Assembly: GCF_009914755.1 (NCBI RefSeq) | Contig: NC_060928.1 | Length of the DNA: 64,000 nt | From: the human T2T-CHM13v2.0 reference genome, Homo sapiens | Reading direction: 5' to 3' (one strand) | Part shown: piece by piece, positions 11,744-30,021 of the stretch | How positions within the stretch are numbered: the first letter of the stretch is position 1 | Layout: each line of letters opens with the position of its first letter | Position numbers and translations under genes: made by a program | The notes under the pieces: generated by a model | Told to the model about the DNA's origin: nothing | Seen by the model: only the letters and a program-made list of their open reading frames with translations | The model's database searches: none

Positions 11744-13080
11744 TTCTTAGAAAGAGTTTGCATCTCACAACTCTTTTAGCAGTAACTCACTGTTCCTATA
11801 GGGGAGCAGTGTAGGTAGGTAGTAGGTGTGGCAGAAGGGAATCATTCTATAATTTTATGAATAAATTTCAGTCTTTTAGTGGACATTTGTTTTTGGCTTT
11901 TATTTTCCCAAATGTTTCTTAGATTTTTTTCTTCTTCGTGTGAGACAAAAGTCTAGAAGGGACTAGAGTGAAATGTTGTTTCCCTCTTTGATATAAGGCT
12001 CTGCTAGTTTTTTTCACCTGGAGAGTACATCTTTGTTATGTACTGGGCTCTGGGCATTTTTTCCACAATTGTTACTCTACCCTTTTCCCTGATAGAGTCA
12101 CAAGGGAATCTTTCTCAACTCTTCATCATGAAATCAGTTTTAAAAAATCTCAGGAATTATTACTTTAAATACTGCTTATATCCCACAGCCTCCCTCCTCT
12201 ATTTCTAGGGCTTTAATTTCATATGTAATAGATCATTTTACTATGCACGTATATTTCCTGTGCTCTTTTGTGTGATTTCTATTTTTCTTTTGTCTTCATA
12301 CTTCAGTCTGGACATTTTCTTTCTGTCCTATATTCTAATTTCATTCTTTTTTTTTCAGCTGGACTTTACCTGTTGTTAAACCCACCCATTTAGTTCCTTA
12401 TCTTAGTTGTTGTATTTTTCAGTGCAAAATTTTCATTTGACTCTTGCTTTCAGTTTACTGTTCTCTGCCAAAATAGCTACACTGTCTTTTAATTCCTTGA
12501 CCATATTAAGCATAGTTATTTCAAAACTCATGTCCAATAATTACATAATCTGAATCTTTTGATTATTATTCTCTCAGTATTTGGTCACGTATTGTTTTCT
12601 ATGATGCCTAGTGATTTTTCTTTTAATGTCAGAAATTATATGTGGAAAATTATAGATGACTTGAATCTCTAGATGATGCTATTTTCCCACAGATAAATTG
12701 TACTATTACTTCTTTTCCTAAAGTGCTAGACACCTCAGATCATCTCATTCTAATCAGCAATTGAGATGATTCTAATTGAGATTTACTTTTGTTTCACCCT
12801 TGATACCTAGGGTGGGTCCCTTTATGGTGTTAGCATAAAACTTGCAGTGTTAATAGGCTCACTTCCTCCTTGTAGTCCCTAAAATCCAAGTTTTTATTAC
12901 CTGAACTTCTCTCAAGTCTCTATTTAGCTTTCCAGCCTCAGAAGTTACTTTGGAATTGGCATATCCTGAGTTCACCTCTATGAACTTCCGTTCTCTCTGG
13001 GAACTTGGTGTTGCAAATCTACCATTTGGCAGCTTTCCTAGGGTTTTATTTTACTTTATTTTTGTCTATAACTTTTAGTC
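11744..13080 (-). mobile_element. Old L1M-type fragments
   Basis: T-rich antisense L1-like sequence; highly diverged; boundaries approximate. Confidence 0.45.
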
Positions 13081-14963
13081 TTAAGTTAGAATTAGAATTA
13101 CTGAGAATACTTTTTTTTTAATAGGACCATAGAGAGTAAAAATATTTGTTTAGTCTCTGTATCTTAGTGATCTAAAATTTCAGTCCCATAGCAATTGAAG
13201 TATCCAATAAGGTCTGGCAGAGAAATGGGATAACATGCTTTGGTTTTGGCAAAATACGAGGGCTCTAAATCAGCTAGTTTTTATACTGTATTTTAAAAAA
13301 TTTCCCCAGAAATCCCTAGTTGATCTCATATATACAAAGTTTCTTTTTGCAGTTGTCCTTGGAAACACTAGTTCTGGATAAGGCAGCAAAATTTTATGGC
13401 ATATAACAACTGCAAAGCAGCCTGTGAAATTAACTATAGCTATTTGGATATTCTGTGGTTAAGCAAGCTCCATAGGTAATAGTTTTCTCTTTAAGACCCT
13501 ATAGCTGGTTTGTTCAATTTCATGATTACGGAAACTTAGGCAATAACCATAATTTTACATATTTTAGAGACATCTTAAAAGAAAATGAGCAAGCTTTTCA
13601 AACTTACTTTAAATAAATTCTAAGCGCCTAGAAAAGATGCCTCCCCACCTTAACCAGTGCCTTTATGTTCTCTGGACCACACAAATGCTCAATGAGTATT
13701 TGATGTATGCATGAGTGAATGAATGAATAAAAACAAAAGGCATTTTCCATATTTTCAATGTTCTTTTGAAAATATGAAACCTCAAACTGAGCATAATATT
13801 CCATCTGTGTTCTTATCAACATCCAGTAGGCAAAGAAATTACCTCTGAAGTTCTGGAAAATTTCAATTGGAGAAAAATATTTAAAAGAATAGTATCAAAA
13901 ATGTGAGTAATACCATCACTCAGTTAAAAAAAGAACTGGATTGCCTGTGGTTGAGGCCGTTATTTGCCTTTAGGGCTTAAAATAACTTCCAAAGATTTAT
14001 ATAGCTTAAATCTATTCATATTCTCATAATTAATAAATTATATTGAATAGGACTCTATTCGCTAGAATATGATACTGCTGATGTCATCTTCCTCTAAAAT
14101 ACATATACGGAAAATCCAAAGATACACTAATAAACCTGACTAAACTGGGAAAAATAGAAATTTGGAAAGCACTTAATGACTTCCAACTTGATCCTTCTTC
14201 AATGTAATAAAGTTATTTGTTAACCAACATGGTATCAATTCTCTACCAATTTATTTATTACATTCTACCTACTCTTTAAAGCTTTCTTTATAGTGATGAA
14301 AATAATAATGGACGATTAAAGAAGAATGTGTATCTTTGATTGTTTAATAGATGATACTTAGAGTGGCTGATTGTTTCTTTTTATTTAAACTTAGTGGTAT
14401 TTATCTTAAAGCAGTTTTTCTTGTTTTATTGTATTCAATAGCAATTAGATTAAATATATAGAAAATATTATAAATAGTCCTCTTTTTAGTACAACAAATG
14501 GTGGTTCTATCCCCTGAAAAGAAATCCCTCAATTAGATATTTATAGAACATTTAATGTAAAAAAAAAAAAGTGTAGTTTTCTTAAACAACATCTTTAAAA
14601 GTGCAATATATGACATCATGTGGGATCTTTCAGTGTCCTCTCAGGAAGTTTTATGTGTAGAAAAGAAACTTTGGACATACACAAGAAAACTTCTAATCTA
14701 TTAAATTTACAATTTTAAAACCCAGATATTTTCTTAAGCATTTAAGTTAATATCATAATCTTATTAGTTACTTTTAAGATTCATAAGCTTTAACCACTTT
14801 TAAGAGACCTTTGGATAATATTTGGAACTGTTCAAACAGTTAAAAACACCATCACCATTTCAAGTTGCATTTATAAGTCTAATGTACTTGATTTCCTTCT
14901 TGAGTACTTCAATTATCTTCAAATAGATCCTTCCTGATTACTAAAGTAACTCTTATAAACCTA

Positions 14964-15273
14964 GACCAGGCACAGTAGCTCACACCTATATTCCTAGCAC
15001 TTTGGGAGGCCAAGGCTGGAGGATTGCTTGAGCCCAGGAGTTTGAGACCAGCCTGGCTAACAAAGTAAGACCGCCATCTCTATGAAAAAATTTTTAAAAA
15101 TTAGCTGGTCATTGTGGCATATGCTTGTAGTCCCAGCTCCTCAGGAGGCTGAGGCAGGAGGATGGCTTGAGCTCAGGAGTTCAAGGCTATAGTGAGCTAT
15201 GATCCCACCACTGCACTCCAGCCTGGGTAACAGAACAAGATTCTGTCTCAAAAAACAAACAAACAAACAAAAA
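14964..15273 (+). mobile_element. AluJ
   Basis: Full dimer with J diagnostics (GGATTGCTTGAGCCCAGGAG); (AAAC)n tail; TSD CTCTTATAAA near both ends. Confidence 0.93.
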
Positions 15274-15622
15274 ACCTCTTATAAATGTAATAAATTAAAT
15301 TAGTAAACATGCTAAACCTAAACTCTCAGATGTCCTAACGCTATGAAAACAGTAATATTTCTGCTTAAAAATCACAAGTCTAAATTAATTATCCAACTTC
15401 ACATATTAAATTAAGTAATAAGACTTTCATTCTAATTAACCAAATTCTTGTTAAATGACTAATATTTAAGACTTTAATATGTACTTTTCTCCTAAACACA
15501 AAAATATACTAATATTCTGCTTAGAAGATTAATTAAATCATAAACCTTTAAATTCTTAATTTATTATATTCTTGTGGTTAAAAGATGCATACCTAAAAAA
15601 AACTATCCCCATTCACTCACAT

Positions 15623-15910
15623 ATTCATTCATTCAACATATATTTCCTGAATACCTATCATGTGCCAGGCATTGTTCTAGGCACTGTGTGTAAAACACAG
15701 TGAACAAAGCAGGAAAAAAAGCTTGCTGTCATGGAGCTTAACTTTTTGAGGAAGAGGACAAATAATAAATAAGACAAATAATTACAATTTATAGTATGTT
15801 AAAAGGTAATTCATGCTATGGAGAAAAAAAAAAAAAACTTGGAAAGGGGCCCAACACAATTTTAAATAGGGTCACCAGGGAACTGAGGTGACTTATGATT
15901 GTAGATTTGA
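15623..15910 (-). mobile_element. L2 3' end
   Basis: ATTCATTCATTCAAC...TGTGCCAGGCATTGTTCTAGGCACTG signature. Confidence 0.75.
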
Positions 15911-18900
15911 GTAGGTCGGAAGATCTGGATCTGCAAACATTGAGAAATGTTGGTTCTATTGTCATCTGAGCCTTCATTTTTGGTCGCTAGATCACTGACT
16001 ACAAAATTTGTGTAGGGATTGACCTCACAGCTCACCTTACCTAATTTTCTTTTCACTCACAAAAGTCTGTAACTCTACAGCAGATACCTCAGAGAAATTT
16101 GTATGTCTTTAACTTTTAAAATATATAAAGTTTTCCTTTTTCATGCTAAAGAATCTTGTCCGTATTTTTCAGGACCTCTAAACTTTTATGGATATTTAAA
16201 ACATTACCTGATAGACTTTCGGATATTTCACAGGCTTTGTCTAATATTACAAAATATAATTACATTTATAAAATTATTCTACCTTCAAAAACATATACTT
16301 TTCTTTTTGAATGCACAAAATATAAATATTGCTTGAAATTGTATTAATAGATATTTTTCCTGAGAAAATCTATTACCTTTAGAAAATGATACTTGGAATA
16401 TGTCTAAAATGCTAATAGCTCCCACAGGTAATTATGTTAGATTCGTATAAACAAAAGATTAAGAAATTTTGCCAATTTAAACATAAAAATTACAGTAACA
16501 GATTTTAAACCTGATCTGGTCAATTTCATTGAAATGAGAAATACCTGCTTCCACCAATGGAAACTTATATGAGAAACAGCAAAAATTTTCCATGCACAAA
16601 TTCAACAAAAAGAGTAAGTGCCAATATTTTATATGCATTTTTAAATTTTGACAGTTGACTTGTGTGACTTTAAGAAGAATACCAGACACGCTTGATTAAA
16701 ATTTGCTGACCACATTTTGAAAAGACATAATACAGAAACCAAATAAAAATCTATATTGTACATGAAATTGCACTGCTGTGTGCATGCAAGTGATATCATA
16801 AACTGACAAGCTTATTCCGTTTAAAGTGCAGACAGAACATTAACTCTCTAAAGCAGAATCACAGTTATTTCTCCTACTCCCACTCCAAGACCTAAACTGC
16901 TTCTAGTAGCCCGGAAAAGGAAGATGCTGGAGCTGGAAAAGCTTTCTTGAAGACTAGAGGGTAAAAAAGTCATACATGTTTATGGGTAGTTGGAATGGGG
17001 AAGTGACAGGGCCTTCAGAGGGAATAGCTCCACAGTGTACCAAGAAAGGTTTGATTTAAAGCACAGGGGATCCCACCCTGAGCAGAGTCTCTCACACCAA
17101 CATGACTTGGAAACAGCAAAACTTCTTGCCAAGGGTCCTTCATAGGAAAAGTTCAAATACCAGGCTACCCTATTCAAAACCTGATACCCAGCAACCATAC
17201 TGGTCAAAAAAATGGCATGGTGTTTTTGCATGTAAACTTGTATTTAGATTTTAAGATTAGGAAACTAATTAATTTCACTCTAAACAACTTTTATATTGGA
17301 TAATATATACTAAAGTAAGAAACACATTATTTAAAAATTCTCAGTGACTTGGTGATATTGCTAGCTTTTTTCACAGATTCTTTCTCTATTATCAAGCTCT
17401 TGTCAGTTCTCACCATATTCTTAACTACTTGCTCCAGCTACAGTTAAGGAGAAGAGGAGTGAAGGTCAAAATAGAGGAGATAAGAGGGAAGTGTGGCAAG
17501 TTACAAATAAAATAAGGGAAGTTAAAAAATATGCCCTTGGACAATGTGTAGTTATTCATATACCAATAGAAAAAGGGACTGATAATTCGAAAAGATGAAT
17601 ATGACTACTCTTACCCCTCTTCCACCTCAATAACTCTTTCAGTAACTAATTGCATGACAATTTGCTAGAAAAATATATACTCAAATAAATTTTTGGAAAG
17701 AGATATGGCATTTGAGGGTATGTTTAGTTCCCTGAGATCATATACTGTCAGATCATACTTACAAAAGAATAATAATAGCTAATTTAACAGTGTCTTCGTT
17801 GTACCTTGGCTTGGGAGTACATTTAAAAAGAGAGTTGTGAGTTTATTTCCTTTGTATTATTGTGTCATTAACATATTCTGAGTCACAAATAGGATCCACC
17901 TCTATATCCATATGCTGTCATGTATTTATGTAATCAGCAGATCATTCTTTTTTCCATTATTTGTTTAGCTCCAGCAATCACAAATTTGTGCATTGCATAA
18001 ATTATTTCTAGAACCAGAAGATGCTTTTACCTGGTTGATAACTTAGATTATATACTAGACAAAAAAAGGAGAAAAGAAAAATAAGAAGAGAGAAGAGGGA
18101 AACCAGAAAGTAAAATATAATTCAGACAAGTTTTTTCTCAAGCAAAGACACATACTCAAATAAAGACACATACTCAAAAGAGTAGTTATTTGATAAAGTT
18201 GCACCAATGCATTTAGATTTCCCTTTGGTACAAATTATAAGAAATTGCTTAAAATAAAATTCAATTTCTTGTTCAGAATTATGTTTGTCACTTCTCTTAG
18301 CAGTAGTTGGAGAGTGTTAGAGCTTACGAAACTCCAAAAGTTAAAATACTTTTCATAAAAACTTAGAATATGTGATAAACTGAAAGTTAGTACATGAAAA
18401 GAAGTAAAATCATTAATAGAAAACAGTTATTCACTCCAGATTTCCATTTTATTCCACTTTGTCTTTTTCTAGTCTAACAGTGGAAATGAGCCCCCCAACT
18501 TTGTTCTCTAAAATATCATTGATCTGCTCAATATTTTCTAGGTAAATTTAATCTCTCCTGAAATCAATATCCTGAAGTTTAAAAATCTATATATGTATCT
18601 GAAACCACCATTTGGATTACTAAAACAAATAAACAACAAACAAAACCAATCAACCTGTCAGCAAAAATAGGCCATGATTCTACATAATAGAAGATAACGT
18701 GTAGTGCAGTGTTGAAGCACATAATAGCCATAATAAATCATGTAGCAATTCAAAAAAGATAGAAGTGAACATTAAATTGAGTTAAATTTAAATTAAGCTG
18801 AATATGGCACTTCAGCTGAGCCTGGAAGGATAGATAAAATTTTCATAATTAGTGGAAAAGGGAAGAACATTCAATACGAAGGAATGCCATTTAGGTTTTT

Positions 18901-19039
18901 ATTTATTCAATGAATACTTTTTGAGTATTTACTGGGTGCCAGGAAGATTCTAAAAACTAGGAATATGGTGGTGAGACCAAGTCTTTGCCTTCAAAGAGCT
19001 TTTATTCTAGTAAAAATCAAGTAATTAGCCTATGTGAAG

Positions 19040-20117
19040 TAGCATTTGACAGAGTTCACTACCCCTTCCCACTTTCCTCCCTGCTTTCTATGAGGCCAGA
19101 CTCACATTGTTCACCTTCTATCATAATGACCAATTTTTCTGTCTGGATGACTCTTTTTAATCTCATAGAACTCTAACTTTTGAGTACTGCAGCCCAGGGC
19201 TCAGTTATTTTACCTGTCTAGCTATATTCACTCTTTTGGCGGTCTAATCCAGGCTCACATTTAAATATCATCTGTGTGTACTTACCATTCAGATTGATTT
19301 CTCAAACTTTGAGTCGCCTCCATGAACTCTATTAGACATCAGATGTCTAATAGGCATCTCAAACTTAGCATATCCAGAAAGCACACTCTTAATTTCTCCT
19401 TCAAAATGTGTCCTCTTGCCACCTTTCTCTCTTCATAAATGACAACCAGACTCTGCAATTTCGTTGGCCCAAAGCCTTGGAATCTCTCATGTCATTTTCA
19501 TTCTCTCATATCTTGCAGCCAATTCATCAGCAAATTCTATTTCTCTACCTTCAAAATATATCCAGAATCTCACTATTTCTCATGCTGTCTCTGGCAGGAT
19601 CGTCGTTATCACCCCACAATTAGAGGATGCTTTTGCCTGGACCTCCTAGAGCTTATGATTGAATAGAAGACAGAAAAAATATTCTCTTAAAACTTAAGTC
19701 AGAATATGTTATTTCTCTGTTCAAAATGCTCTGCCTCATTTAGAGTTCCATGGGTGATGGTGACATGTACCAAAAGTTGAAAACTATTAAGACAAGGGGG
19801 CATTTATTTTCTTTTGGCTATTAATGTATTATTTAACCACTTAATAAGCATTAATGAGTAGGTTAAGGCTTGATCCCAGATGCTGTGGGGGCATAAAGAT
19901 GAAAAAGATATCCTCTGTCCTCCATGAGTTTGCAGCCTAGTATCAGATACAGGCAAAGATTTTGCATGTGCTTTAGGCACTTTTCTGTATGTCCTATACT
20001 TCATTAAAACAATTATTGAAAAATAATTGTCTCTACCTTATGGATTTATATGAGGTCTAGGTGAGATGATGTAAATAAAGTGTTGAACACAAGGCGTGAG
20101 ACATAATAAATACCAGC

Positions 20118-20149
<32 letters not shown>

Positions 20150-20270
20150 CAAAATGCTCTGCCTATTTTCCATCTCACTCAATGTAAAGGCAGAGTACTT
20201 ACATAGGCCTATAAGACTTTACACAATCTGTCCCCTTTCAAATCTGACCTCACAATTCTTTGTCTTCAGT
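19040..20270 (+). mobile_element. L2 fragment, interrupted by the retrocopy at 19737-20149
   Basis: L2 motifs GATGTCTAATAGGCATCTCAAACTTA and CCATCTCACTCA are colinear across the insertion. Confidence 0.75.
19737..20149 (+). pseudogene. Orphan L1-mediated retrocopy (processed transcript 3' end or orphan 3' transduction)
   Basis: AATAAA 20105-20110, A25 tail 20125-20149, perfect TSD CAAAATGCTCTGCCT at 19722-19736 and 20150-20164; no L1 or Alu sequence inside. Confidence 0.85.
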
Positions 20271-20279
20271 GAGACTTTC

Positions 20280-20800
20280 TATGACAGATTATCTATTTTC
20301 CAAAATGGCACAATAATATTTCCAGTCCCACATGCTCTTCCAGAGCCTTGCTACTCCCAGGTGAAGAGGTAGAACCTATTTCCCAACCCTTGAAACTATG
20401 TATGCCTTTATAACTACCTGAACACATAGAAAGCAGCACAGCACTGCATGATTTTTGAGATTACACCACAAAGTGCTTCTGCTTGGATTTTTCTCTCTCT
20501 GGGAACTCAAGTCCATAGAACCCAGCTATTATTTTGTGAGGAAGCCCAAGCTGTGAGGAACGGCCGTGCTGTTTGTAAGTGTTTCATCATTAACTGCCAT
20601 ATTTCTATGTGAGCAAGCCTTCAGATGATGGTAGCCTCAGCCTTCAAGTCTTCCAGCTGAAGCCTCAGACATTGTGGAACAGAGACAAGCTGTCCCCACT
20701 ATGCCCTGTCTAAATTTTTTACTCAGAGATCCTTGAGATAACAAGTGGTTGTTTTATACTACTATGTTGGGGTCATTTGTTACACAGTTATAGATAACTA
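20280..20800 (+). mobile_element. MaLR LTR (MLT1G/H-like)
   Basis: TTTTCCAAAATGGC...CCCACATGCTCTTC start and TTTGTTACACAG..ATAGATAACT end. Confidence 0.7.
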
Positions 20801-20801
20801 G

Positions 20802-21407
20802 CAGGGCTGCCAGTAGAATATGTGGGACCCTAGGCAAATATTTACTGTGAGGCCCTTGTCTATATAAACTATATGATAAAAAATATATATTTAATATTAT
20901 AAAAGTCATGGACCTATGTGAAGAAAAGAGATGTATTTGCAAAATATTTTGTTTATTGTCCAATCAGTGCACATGAAGATTCTTAGTCCTGTGTCTGACC
21001 TGTACTAGAGTTACATAAAATCAGCAGTCAGTACTATTCTAGTGGTTCAATCTCTCAAAATCCCAAGAAAGAAATAATGTGATGGCCAGCAGAAGTGATG
21101 CCATCTTTCTGGGGATCTGGGGTCTGGCCAGAGGACCCCAGTATGACCCCAAAGGGATGAGTCCCAGCGTTCTTCAGGGCATCCAGTGAACTCCAAGCAT
21201 AAGGATGAAGGGCAGAGAATGCCACAAAGAAGAGAAATTGAACCAGGACTCCAATTGCCTTATGGCATACCTGGCCTTAGGCAGTCTCAAACACTAAAGT
21301 AGGATTTAGAATATTTGGAGAAAGGAGATCCAAAATAAGAGGACTCCTGAGACTCAGGGACTGGGGTAGGGGTTCTGTTCAACCCTACTTTCTAAATGTC
21401 ATACTGA
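20802..21407. mobile_element. Putative hAT-Tip100-like DNA transposon relic
   Basis: CAGGGCTGCC...ATACTG termini and GGGCCC-type subterminal motifs; family uncertain, no TSD seen. Confidence 0.35.
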
Positions 21408-21662
21408 CACTCAGAACACCTTCTGTAACCTCCTCATTTTAAATTTCTCCCTCTGATTCTAGCACTCCCTATACACTTTTTCTACACTGCTTTGTTTTTC
21501 TACATAGCACTTACAACCATTTCATATAATACCTATTTTAAAAAAGAATTAATGCTGGCTTCCTTCCTCTAAAATGTAAGCTCCAAGAAGAATAATTTTG
21601 TCTGTTTTGTTCACTCCTGTATCCCCATCACCTAGAATAATGCCTGCAGTATGGCAGATATT

Positions 21663-21954
21663 CATCATTCTCAGCAAACTATCGCAAGGATAAAAAACCA
21701 AACACTGCATGTTCTCACTCATAGGTGGGAATTGAACAATGAGAACACATGGACACAGGAAGGGGAACATCATTCACCGGGGCCTGTTGTGGGGTGGGGG
21801 GAGGGGGGAGGGATAGCATTAGGAGATATACCTAATGTTAAATGAAGAGTTAATGGGTGCAGCACACCAACATGGCACACGTATACATATGTAACAAACC
21901 TGCACGTTGTGCACATGTACCCTAAAACTTAAAGTATAATTAAAAAAAAAAAAA
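21663..21954 (+). mobile_element. L1PA (PA3/PA4-like) 3' fragment
   Basis: End of ORF2 and 3' UTR with G-rich tract, AAAGTATAAT plus poly-A; no TSD found. Confidence 0.93.
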
Positions 21955-21989
21955 GAATACCAGGTAGAGATAACTGGTAAGAAGAAAAT

Positions 21990-22380
21990 AGTAGGAATAA
22001 GGGGACAGAGAAAGGTTGAGACAGATAACTACTTTAGATAGGGTAGTCAGGGAAGGTCTCTCTCCGAATGATGCGACATTTGAAAAGAAGTCTGAAGGGA
22101 GGCAGAGATCCAAAGAAGTAGGGAGAAGAACATTCCAGAAAGAGGAGTATAACACAAAGACCCTGAAATGGGAATGTGCTTGGCCTGTTTGAGGAACTGA
22201 TGAGGCAACTGTGATTAAAACAACAGAGGACAGTGGAAGGAAATGAGATTGTAAGATCATCAGGATGGAGAAAATGAAGAGCTTTTATAGCCAATTTAAG
22301 CAATTTATATTTTATTCTAAGCAACTGAAAGCCTTTGGAGAGTTGTGAGCAGGAAACAACATGAACAGAAGGTGACTAAG
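21990..22380 (-). mobile_element. L2 fragment
   Basis: GGGTAGTCAGGGAAGGTCTCTCT and GGAATGTGCTTGGCCTGTTTGAGGAAC motifs. Confidence 0.7.
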
Positions 22381-23094
22381 CAGGCAGGGAGAAGACTGGC
22401 CCAACCAGAAATAAAGGACTTCATAGGGAAAATATAACAGAAGCACTTTAATGGAGGCAGAGCAGTTAAATTTAGATGTGATTGAAGAAGAAAGTAATTC
22501 GACAAGCATTTTTCAATTACAATGTGTTTACAATGTGTTTCAATTACAATGTGAATCCTATGAATTATCCCAGAACCTCAGCCTTATGACCCTCATCTTG
22601 CTACTAGACCTCTAATACTGGATGGACTACTGGCCTGCATATCCAACCATCACTTTCTTGAAACCCAGCTGAACTTCTCTTGGCTGCTGCCAGGGAAGTT
22701 TAGGATTTTATGGAAAAAATAGTTTTAGTTAAGGTTTTATTTAGAGAAAAATTTATTTTTTTAATTAGGTTTAGAAATCATATATTAAGATTTCAAACTG
22801 CATTTTTTAAAATAAATTATTTATACACATTGTTATTAGAAAATTAATATGCTATCACATAGTTACATTTCTTTTTTTTTTCTTTTATTATTATACTTTA
22901 AGTTTTAGGGTACATGTGCACATTGTGCAGGTTAGTTACATATGTATACATGTGCCACGCTGGTGCGCTGCACCCACTAACTCATCATCTAGCATTAGGT
23001 ATATCTCCCAATGCTATCCCTCCCCCCTCCCCCAACCCCACAACAGTCCCCAGAGTGTGATGTTCCCCTTCCTGTGTCCATGTGATCTCATTGT

Positions 23095-26838
<3,744 letters not shown>

Positions 26839-26901
26839 GATGATGTTAGCTGGTTATTTTGCTCGTTAGTTGATGCAGTTTCTTCCTAGTCTCGATGGTC
26901 T

Positions 26902-27922
26902 TTACATTTTGGCATGATTTTGCAGCGGCTGGTACCGGTTGTTCCTTTCCATGTTTAGCACTTCCTTCAGGAGTTCTTTTAGGGCAGGCCTGGTGGTGAC
27001 AAAATCGCTCAGCATTTGCTTGTCTGTAAAGTATTTTAGTTCTCCTTCACTTATGAAGCTTAGTTTGGCTGGATATGAAATTCTGGGTTGAAAATTCTTT
27101 TCTTTAAGAATGTTGAATATTGGCCCCCACTCTCTTCTGGCTTGTAGGGTTTCTGCTGAGATATCTGCTGTTAGTCTGATGGGCTTCCCTTTGAGGGTAA
27201 CCCGACCTTTCTCTCTGGCTGCCCTTAACATTTTTTCCTCCATTTCAACTTTGGTGAATCTGACAATTATGTGTCTTGGAGTTGCTCTTCTCGAGGAGTA
27301 TCTTTGTGGCGTTCTCCGTATTTCCTGAATCTGAACATTGGCCTGCCTTGCTAGATTGGGGAAGTTCTCCTGGATAATATCCTGCAGAGTGTTTTCCAAC
27401 TTGGTTCCATTCTCCCTGTCACTTTCAGGTACACCAATCAGACGTAGATTTGGTCTTTTCACATAGTCCCATATTTCTTGGAGGCTTTGCTCATTTCTTT
27501 TTATTCTTTTTTCTCTAAACTTCCCTTCTCGCTTCATTTCATTCATTTCATCTTCCATTGCTGATACCCTTTCTTCCAGTTGATCGCATCGGCTCCTGAG
27601 GCTTCTGCATTCTTCTCGTAGTTCTCGAGCCTTGGTTTTCAGCTCCATCAGCTCCTTTAAGCACTTCTCTGTATTGGTTATTCTAGTTATACATTCTTCT
27701 AAATTTTTTTCAAAGTTTTCAACTTCTTTGCCTTTGGTTTGAATGTCCTCCCGTAGCTCAGAGTAATTTGATCGTCTGAAGCCTTCTTCTCTCAGCTCGT
27801 CAAAGTCGTTCTCCATCCGTCCAGCTTTGTTCCATTGCTGGTGAGGAACTGCGTTCCTTTGGAGGAGGAGAGGCGCTCTGCTTTTTAGAGTTTCCAGTTT
27901 TTCTGTTCTGTTTTTTCCCCAT
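26902..27922 (-). pseudogene. ORF1: L1 ORF1; 4-bp insertion at ~27817 detaches the native ATG, 304 aa remain open from MENDF
   Basis: Native ATG at 27922; span is 1021 nt versus 1017 canonical; ORF 26902-27816 ends QNHAKM. Confidence 0.93.
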
Positions 27923-29127
<1,205 letters not shown>

Positions 29128-29329
29128 TGATTTCTTTTGTATAATCGGTCAAAATCCCTATTTGATTCTCTTCCTCAAGAGTGCCACTCAAATAATAAGT
29201 GAGGTATTCGTATTTGTGTGGATCTTATTTTGTAGTTGTTATTCAGTTCCATTTCCATATGTATATTGTTATACCAACACCACATTATATTACTCTAGAT
29301 TTATAAAAGTTATTGATAAATATGTGTGA

Positions 29330-29665
29330 TCTATATATAATACATATATATGTATTATATATAATACACATAGATATATAGATACATATCTATCTCTACA
29401 TATATCTGTGTATATATGCATATATATGTATGGATAGATATCTATATGTGTATATATAGGTATATATCTATATAAGTACACATGTGTATATATGTATAGA
29501 TAGATATCTATATAATGTATATTATATCCATATAATACCCATAATATACATACATAAAGATATATATACACATGTATACATTTATATATGATACATACAT
29601 ATATATTATACAGAGATGATATATTTACATATATTTCTCTCTATATATATATACACACATATGTA
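29330..29665. repeat. Degenerate (TA)n-rich low-complexity tract
   Basis: Alternating TA with G/C interruptions. Confidence 0.9.
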
Positions 29666-29724
29666 TTTTTATTTGAACTATTTTTTTTGTGGGTTTTTAG
29701 CTAAAAGTCTACTAGTTTGATTTT

Positions 29725-30021
29725 TTGTTTGTTTTGTTTGGAGATGGAGTCTTGCTCTGTCAACCACGTTGGAGTGCAGTGACGTGATAACAGCTCACTG
29801 CAGCCTCCATCTCCAGAGCTCAAGGGATCCTTCCACCTCAGCCTCCTGAGTAGCTGGGACTACAGGTGTGCACCATCACATGCAGCTAATTTTTTAGTGT
29901 TGTGGAGAAAGGATCTCACTATGTTGCCCAGGCTGGTCTTGAAGTCCTTGCCTCAAATGATCCTCCTGCCTCAGCCTCTCAAAGTGCTGGGATTACAAGT
30001 CTGAGTCCCTGTGCCTAGTCC
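29725..30021 (-). mobile_element. AluJ
   Basis: TSD CTACTAGT(T/C)TGATTTT at 29709-29724 and 30022-30037. Confidence 0.92.

Noticed and set aside
16980-17231. 83-aa ORF in apparently unique sequence
   Set aside because: No recognisable domain or splice structure; length within chance expectation
18144-18178. Short tandem duplications (also 22511-22553, 36667-36706, 49147-49188, 58111-58130, 61183-61237)
   Set aside because: Ordinary replication-slippage duplications
29290-29571. Tyr/Ile-rich ORF
   Set aside because: Translation of a TA-rich microsatellite
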